Shown piece after piece: positions 58,132 to 64,000 of a stretch of 64,000 nucleotides of DNA. Below the pieces are notes generated by a model. It searched no databases, was not told the DNA's origin, and was given only the letters and a program-made list of their open reading frames with translations. Origin of the DNA: Candidatus Multivoradales bacterium (GTDB lineage Bacteria; Acidobacteriota; Thermoanaerobaculia; Multivoradales; Multivoraceae); contig CBDCWI010000001.1 in NCBI GenBank assembly GCA_965223325.1, positions 704,001-768,000 on the forward strand, in the 5' to 3' direction. Within the stretch, counting starts at the first letter, position 1. Each line of letters starts with the position of its first letter. The translations under genes and the position numbers were made by a program.

Positions 58132-60774
58132 TTGCAAACTGGTCACGCCGGCGACGCGCAGCAGGCACTACGCGAGTACCTGAACGACGAAACCGCAGCC
58201 CTCTTCGTCGCCGAGCCGATCGGCGAAGCGCTGCTCGCCCAACCCGAGCAGGTCAGCCGCAGCGTGCTCTCCTGGGTGGACTCGCAGGTCCAGGTCGGGC
58301 GCCACACGGTGCCGGTGCCGGACCTTCTCTTTCACGCCCTGCACAAGATCGAGCTGCTGTCGGAAACCGGCCTCGTCGAACCGGCAAGCCATCGACGCGC
58401 GGTGGGAAGACTCTCCAACACCGTCGCCACACTCCTACCGTCCGCCGAGGCTGATCGGCTGCGTAGTCGCCTCACTCGTCACAAAGAGGCCGAGGCCCGC
58501 CCGGTTCAGCTCCTGCACCAGGATGAAGAGTCGGCGCCGCGCGAACGAAACATTGGAACCGAAACCGGCACCAGAGGCGGGTCGGCCGGCGGCGGCTCGG
58601 GGAAACGAGCGCCGCTCGTGGCGGGGAACCCCGCCAGGTCCAGTGGCCTTGAGCGTGACCAGCAAGCTCCGCCTGCCGCCAGCCCGCGCGGTAAAAGGCT
58701 CGGCGAGCCGCTCGACATCGAAACCGACTTCAACCGAAAGCGTTGGCTCGAGCGCCGCAGGCGCGAACACCAACGTCGAGAACGCCTGCGCCGCGAGCAG
58801 GCGTCACTGGGACTCGACCGCTTCGAGGAGTTGAACCGGCGCCTCCAGATGATCACCAACTCTTCTCCAGCGGAGCAGCAGAAGCTACTCATCGCGGCGG
58901 CCGCCACCGCTGCAGATACCTCCCAGAACGAGGCAACCCTGGCAGCCCAGCTCGATCGCCTGCAGTCGGAGGGTCTCTTCAATCTACGCACCGATCTTCT
59001 CTTTACCCACTTGACTGCCCGTCTGCCCGACTGGGATGTCGAGTGGACGACTCCGCCGCGCGCCCTGCAATCCGTCGCTCGGGTCGTCCGGGCTGCCGGC
59101 TCTCCCGAAGAAGAACTCGACCGTCTTCGAGAGGTGTACCGCACCGCCGCTCGCTGGGTATCCCAGGGCGCGCTACGCCGCGCTCAGGGGGTGCTAGAAC
59201 TCGGAGAGTCGCTCCTACGCTCGAGCAACCTGAGCGAGCAAGAGCAGGACGAAGTACGAGCGGAGGTCGAGCGCATCGTCGACCGAGATCAGCTGCTCGA
59301 ACTCGCTGCAGAAGAAACTCGGCACGAGGCACTGCGGAACGTCTTGCGCTGGCTGCCGACCTACTCGGTGTGGCCCCTCCTCCGACAACTCACGGAAGAA
59401 CGCGAACGCGAAGTTCGTCTGGCGCTCTTGCGTCTTCTCCGCGCATGGGGCTCGGATGCACGTGAAGCCGCACTTTCACTGCTCCGCATCTCCGCCGCCC
59501 GGTCAGACGAAGAGTGCCCGTGGACGGTCACCCGCAACCTGCTCCATCTGCTGCGACGCATTCCGCTCGTCAGCGAGGGCAGGCGGGCACGGGAGCTCCA
59601 CGACGTGCGCCCTATCCTGGACCGCCCAATGCCACCGGCACTGGTGCGCGAAGCCGCCGCCTACCTCGCAACCCTCGAGCTACCGGCTGCCAGCGAACTG
59701 CTGCTCGATCTACACCAACGGGTCGAGAAAGAACAGGCCGATCCGAGCATCGGTCGCCGCCGCCGCCGCGAGCTCGCCAGAACCCGCACTCTGATTCTCG
59801 GGCAGGCTCTAAAGCACCCGACATCGACGTCGCGACGGGCGGTTCTCGACGTTCTACTGGCGTCGGGCGGCGTCGGCCCTGCGGCACGGGCACTGTTCGA
59901 GCGTATTGGCACCGTGTCTCTGGCCGGAGATCTCGAGAGTCTGTCGCGTCTGGTCGAGGTTGGGCACCGCTTGATCGATGCCAATCCGAAAACCGACGAG
60001 CCGCGCCTCGCCCGCACCCGAGGGGCAGTTCGCATCGACGCTCTAGCGAGCGTTCTCCGCGCCCTGGCGTCGACGCTTGACCCTGACGTCGACAGGCTGC
60101 TCGAAAAGGCGGCCTCGCTGGCCGACCGCGAGCTCCAGTCCACGATTCTCGAAATTCGCAGCGAGCGCGGCAAGAACGCCGCGCAGGCCGGCGACGCAGA
60201 AGACTTCGAGGGCTCGATCGAGCTTTTCGGACTGCCCGGTCTCCTCCTCAGCCTGGAGCAGAACGAGGCCACCGGCACGCTCGAACTCACCGACGAATCT
60301 GGCGAGACCCAGGCGCTCCTGCAACTCGAACGCGGTGCGCTTCGGCGCGCCAGCGTCGGAGAGCTCGAGAACGAGACGGCTGTCTACGCCCTCATGCAAC
60401 GGCCTTTGGCAACCAGGTTCCAGTTCATCTCGAGCGCCCCGCGCGCTCAACCAACGGGCACGAGCAGGTCGCTAGCGAGCGACGGACTCCACCTCGGAGC
60501 GCTCCTGCTCGAAGCGTCGCGACGCTACGACGAGTTCCAGAGCCTCCGCGCCCTGGTTGGTGACCGTTCTCCCATCCGTCGCCTCGAAACCACTGAACCA
60601 GGAGCCCACAACGATCGCGAACGAGTCCTCGCTAGAGAACTGTGGCAGGCCCTGGGCACTCAGCCGACGCCTGCCGAATGCGAAGAGATGCTCGCCCACG
60701 AGCCCTTTCGCATCCGCCGCTTGCTGGCGAGCTGGCTCGAGCAGGGAGCGGTGGCGATCGACGCACGTTTGTAG
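58132..60774 (+). CDS. Large alpha-helical (HEAT-like) protein with a C-terminal DUF4388-like domain
   Basis: Leu/Ala/Arg-rich helical repeats (WTVTRNLLHLLRRI); FEGSIELFGLPGLLLSL...TGTLEL...LLLEASRRYDE matches the DUF4388 pattern. Confidence 0.75.
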   Translation: MQTGHAGDAQQALREYLNDETAALFVAEPIGEALLAQPEQVSRSVLSWVDSQVQVGRHTVPVPDLLFHALHKIELLSETGLVEPASHRRAVGRLSNTVATLLPSAEADRLRSRLTRHKEAEARPVQLLHQDEESAPRERNIGTETGTRGGSAGGGSGKRAPLVAGNPARSSGLERDQQAPPAASPRGKRLGEPLDIETDFNRKRWLERRRREHQRRERLRREQASLGLDRFEELNRRLQMITNSSPAEQQKLLIAAAATAADTSQNEATLAAQLDRLQSEGLFNLRTDLLFTHLTARLPDWDVEWTTPPRALQSVARVVRAAGSPEEELDRLREVYRTAARWVSQGALRRAQGVLELGESLLRSSNLSEQEQDEVRAEVERIVDRDQLLELAAEETRHEALRNVLRWLPTYSVWPLLRQLTEEREREVRLALLRLLRAWGSDAREAALSLLRISAARSDEECPWTVTRNLLHLLRRIPLVSEGRRARELHDVRPILDRPMPPALVREAAAYLATLELPAASELLLDLHQRVEKEQADPSIGRRRRRELARTRTLILGQALKHPTSTSRRAVLDVLLASGGVGPAARALFERIGTVSLAGDLESLSRLVEVGHRLIDANPKTDEPRLARTRGAVRIDALASVLRALASTLDPDVDRLLEKAASLADRELQSTILEIRSERGKNAAQAGDAEDFEGSIELFGLPGLLLSLEQNEATGTLELTDESGETQALLQLERGALRRASVGELENETAVYALMQRPLATRFQFISSAPRAQPTGTSRSLASDGLHLGALLLEASRRYDEFQSLRALVGDRSPIRRLETTEPGAHNDRERVLARELWQALGTQPTPAECEEMLAHEPFRIRRLLASWLEQGAVAIDARL

Positions 60775-60925
60775 CGCACTCTTCGCCCCAGAAGACTTGC
60801 AGGAAAGCGCTTCTTCCTGTCAGTGTCGGCCGCTCCCGCGCGACCCTTCGCACTCGTGGGCCTTTCTTGCCTTCTGTGTCGGTCGTTCTATGTCGGTCTT
60901 TCCATCCAATGAAGAACCTTCAGCC

Positions 60926-61369
60926 ATGAGACAACCAGTGCGCCCCCATCGGGCAACGTCGATTCCGCGCCGCCAGTTGCCCCACTGGCTGCTGTTGGCG
61001 GCTCTAACTGGCGCGCTGACGGTTGCCGGATGTGAACCGCGGACCTACGTTCCCGACGAGGTCGTACGGGCCCACCGCGCCGACTATCCGCTGGGACAAT
61101 TCGCACCCGGCTATGTGCGGCGTTCCGTCAGTCGCGGGCTCGAACGGGCCACCCGCATCGTGCACAAGGTCGAGGTGCGTCCCGAGGTCGCCGGCGAACT
61201 GCTGATCAAGCCGGCGGGCGAGCGTAGCCGGTTGATCGCCGCCGTTGCCTGCCCACCCGGTTCAGACCCGGTGTGGGGAAAACTGACCAGTCGCCAGGAC
61301 GTCGAGATCGAAATCTCGGCCGGCAAGGGGCCGATCGCCAACGTCGACTGTCGCTCCGAAGTCCGCTAG
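60926..61369 (+). CDS. Hypothetical lipoprotein
   Basis: ATG 60926; hydrophobic stretch ending in lipobox-like VAGC. Confidence 0.65.
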   Translation: MRQPVRPHRATSIPRRQLPHWLLLAALTGALTVAGCEPRTYVPDEVVRAHRADYPLGQFAPGYVRRSVSRGLERATRIVHKVEVRPEVAGELLIKPAGERSRLIAAVACPPGSDPVWGKLTSRQDVEIEISAGKGPIANVDCRSEVR

Positions 61370-61396
61370 CGCCAGCCCGAACGGACGTTGCAGGAC

Positions 61397-64000
61397 TCAC
61401 GGTCCTGGCGGTGTCGGCCGGGCTCCCAGGTCATCGAGTGCCTGCGCGACGCGCTCGACTTCCGCGACGATTCTCTCGTAGGTCGCTTCGACTTCCGAGA
61501 GTTGGCGTAGGGCCTCCGCCTGTAGCTCGCGGTGGGTGTTTGTCGGACCGCCGGTCGTTCCCCAAACGCCCTCGGTGATCGTGTATACGGCACCCTGAAT
61601 CGACAACCGGGTGGGCTCTAAGAGGCGCGCGCGCGGCCCGCCGCCGTAGAGCACTTCGTCGGCCGCCAGGCGTTCACGCTCTCGTCGAAGCAGCGAAGCC
61701 AACAGGTTGTCGGGAGCGCCGGGTGTGCCGAGAAACGCCGCCTTCAAATGAGCGATCCGATCACCCAGGGCTTCGGTTCGAAGAGCCGCAGCGTTGGCGC
61801 GCCGCGTGAGCGCCAGGGTCTCGAGATGAAAACCCTCACTGGCGGCATACGCTTGACCTCTCTCGGCCGCTCTCCCCGGCGGAGCGACGACCTCGAAGCT
61901 CTGCGACTCACCGACGGTTTCGAGGGTTCCGTTGTCGGCGACTCGCGTCAGGCGTACCGAGTACGTTCCCGGAACCACCAGCGGGCCGCGCGGCGGCGTG
62001 ACCCAGGGTGGCAGATCGCCGGCCTCTTCGATCGACAGCGCCTCACCTGGGGATCGACGCAGGTCCCAGGTCACCGTGTGCAGGCCAGCCTCAGCTGGCC
62101 CGCTCAGCCGCCGCACGGGCTTCCCGTCTGCCGAAGAGATCTCGAGCACCGTCTTGGCCAACCTGGTCGACTCGTCCAGATCTTCGGCGGCCAGGACTTC
62201 CCAGCCCGGGAAGGGAACGTCGGCGCCCTCTTCGGCAAGCGCCTTCTCTCCTTTGCGCCGAGCCTTCTTTCCGGTGGGTTCGGCCTCGGGCAGCCAGTAG
62301 CGAACGGTGGCGCCGTGGGGAGGATTTGGGGCGGTGAACAGGTTGCTCCCCAGCATGCCGCGCCCCGCCACGCCGAGACGCAGAGCCGGGTTGTACCACC
62401 AGGCATCGCGCACCGGCAGGACGCCTGCCTCCTCGCTCGGAGACGCAATCTCGAGCACGCGCAAGGGTGAGTAGTCGTCGAGGATGAAAACACCGCGACC
62501 GAACGACCCCGCCACGAGGTCGCTTTCGCGACGCTGGATCTCGAGATCACGAATGGCGATTGTCGGGATGCCCCGATCCAGGAGGTGCCAGGCGTCGCCG
62601 CCGTCCTGCGTCACGTAGACACCGAACTCAGTGCCCAGGAAGAGGAGCAGCGGATCGACATGGTCTTCGACCAGCGACCACACCAGGTGACGGTTGGGGA
62701 GGTCACCCCGGATCGAAGTCCAGGTCTGACCGCCGTCGCGGGTCTCGAAGAGATAGGGCGCGAAGTCACCATGCTTGTGATCGTCGAGCAGCACTCGCGC
62801 GACCTTTGCATCGTGGAGCGAGGCCTTGACCTCGTTGACGAAGGCCCGTTCGGGCACCCCCGGCAACTCGACTGCGCGCCAGGTCTCACCCGAGTCTTCG
62901 GTCACATGCACGCGGCCGTCGTCTGTGCCGGCCCAGACGACACCCGCGGTGACCGGCGACTCCGACAGAGAGGTCAGGTTCCCGTACCAGGACATCGCGC
63001 CGTTGTCGTAGAGCGCGTCGACGCTACGCACTCGTTCGCCCATCGGCATTTCGTAGCGCTCGGTGCCGTGTGACAGGTCGCCGGATACCGCGGTCCAGGA
63101 GTTGCCGCGGTCGGTACTCCGCCATACGCGCTGAGAGCCAAACCACAAGACGTCCGGATCGTGCGGGCTGATCTCGATCGGCGCATCCCAGTTCCAACGC
63201 TCGGGATCCTCGCCGGGTGCTGCCTGCGGCCGAATGTCGAGGGCCTCAGCGGTGTCGCGGTCGTAGCGCAGCAGGTGACCGTTCTGCCAGGTCACGTATA
63301 GAACCGTCGGGTCGCGCGGATCGACCGCGCAGTCGTAGCCATCGGCACCGTAGGGTACATACCAGTTGCGGTTCCTGATGCCGTGCAGGTTGTCGGTTCT
63401 CGACGGTCCGGCCTGGGTCCCGTTGTCCTGGGTTCCGATGACGACGTTGTAGAACGGCGTCTCTTCATCGACGGCCAGCTTGTAGATCTGGGTGACCGGC
63501 AGGTTGTGAACATAGCGCCAAGTGCCGCCGCTGTCATAGCTCTCATAGATGCCGCCGTCGTTGCCAGACAACAGGAACTCGGGGTCGTTGGGGTCGAAGG
63601 CGAGGGCGTGGTTGTCGCTGTGCTTGTCGGGCTCACCCACGGGAACAAAGGTCGCACCGCCGTCACGGGTCAGGCGCATGAAGACGTCCATCTGGTAGAC
63701 CGTGTCGCGATCGTGCGGCGACGCTTCAATTTCCTGGTAGTAGTGCGGCCCGGTGCCGTTCGAAAGGTAACCGTTCCTGAACTCCCAGCTCTCGCCGCGA
63801 TCGAGCGAACGATAGAAGCCACGCTCCTCCTCGCGGGCTTCGATAGTGGCGTAGACGACATCGGGATCGACCGGCGAGATCGCGAGGCCGATCTTGCCTA
63901 CTGCGTCCCCTTGCGGCAGGCCGTTGTCGAGCTCGCGCCAGGTCTCGCCACCGTCGGTCGACTTGTAGATGCCGGAGCCGGGACCGCCGGCGAGATAGGA
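61397..64000 (-). CDS. VPS10/sortilin-like BNR (Asp-box) repeat glycosyl hydrolase-like protein, 5' end outside the window
   Basis: The frame stays open to the window edge (SYLAGGPGSGIYKSTDGGETW...). Repeated S/T.D.G..W Asp-boxes, GTQDNG, RWNWDAP, GSFGRG and APNPP motifs. Confidence 0.9.
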   Translation of the reverse strand, partial: SYLAGGPGSGIYKSTDGGETWRELDNGLPQGDAVGKIGLAISPVDPDVVYATIEAREEERGFYRSLDRGESWEFRNGYLSNGTGPHYYQEIEASPHDRDTVYQMDVFMRLTRDGGATFVPVGEPDKHSDNHALAFDPNDPEFLLSGNDGGIYESYDSGGTWRYVHNLPVTQIYKLAVDEETPFYNVVIGTQDNGTQAGPSRTDNLHGIRNRNWYVPYGADGYDCAVDPRDPTVLYVTWQNGHLLRYDRDTAEALDIRPQAAPGEDPERWNWDAPIEISPHDPDVLWFGSQRVWRSTDRGNSWTAVSGDLSHGTERYEMPMGERVRSVDALYDNGAMSWYGNLTSLSESPVTAGVVWAGTDDGRVHVTEDSGETWRAVELPGVPERAFVNEVKASLHDAKVARVLLDDHKHGDFAPYLFETRDGGQTWTSIRGDLPNRHLVWSLVEDHVDPLLLFLGTEFGVYVTQDGGDAWHLLDRGIPTIAIRDLEIQRRESDLVAGSFGRGVFILDDYSPLRVLEIASPSEEAGVLPVRDAWWYNPALRLGVAGRGMLGSNLFTAPNPPHGATVRYWLPEAEPTGKKARRKGEKALAEEGADVPFPGWEVLAAEDLDESTRLAKTVLEISSADGKPVRRLSGPAEAGLHTVTWDLRRSPGEALSIEEAGDLPPWVTPPRGPLVVPGTYSVRLTRVADNGTLETVGESQSFEVVAPPGRAAERGQAYAASEGFHLETLALTRRANAAALRTEALGDRIAHLKAAFLGTPGAPDNLLASLLRRERERLAADEVLYGGGPRARLLEPTRLSIQGAVYTITEGVWGTTGGPTNTHRELQAEALRQLSEVEATYERIVAEVERVAQALDDLGARPTPPGP

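Overview
High-GC, gene-dense bacterial chromosomal window with about 35 CDS. I saw no rRNA, tRNA, CRISPR array or transposase. The C-terminal sorting-type tails suggest an Acidobacteriota (Thermoanaerobaculia-like) host, but that is inference. The main feature is a minus-strand secondary-lipid cluster: pfaD - pfaA (KS-AT-4xACP-KR-DH) - fused pfaB/C - oleA - oleB - oleC (25987-46206). A translationally coupled oleD-like reductase plus Sfp-type PPTase (16329-18175) lies about 7.8 kb away behind a plus-strand block, giving a full PUFA-synthase plus olefin/beta-lactone pathway. Other notable items are a single-chain topoisomerase III-RecQ-HRDC fusion (6469-10863) and an RNase HI with a second, catalytically degenerate RNase H domain. 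Between rnhA and oleC is a composite non-coding element: a 92-bp x3.4 tandem array rich in GAA mini-hairpins, a ~290-bp imperfect palindrome and a 12-bp repeat. The genes flanking it show a local strand-specific synonymous-codon skew. The rest is housekeeping, signalling and secreted-protein genes (prfC, aat, sirtuin, MoxR/VWA, GGDEF-EAL, 5'-nucleotidase, proteases, VPS10-like protein). Several start codons were re-called from the ORF track.
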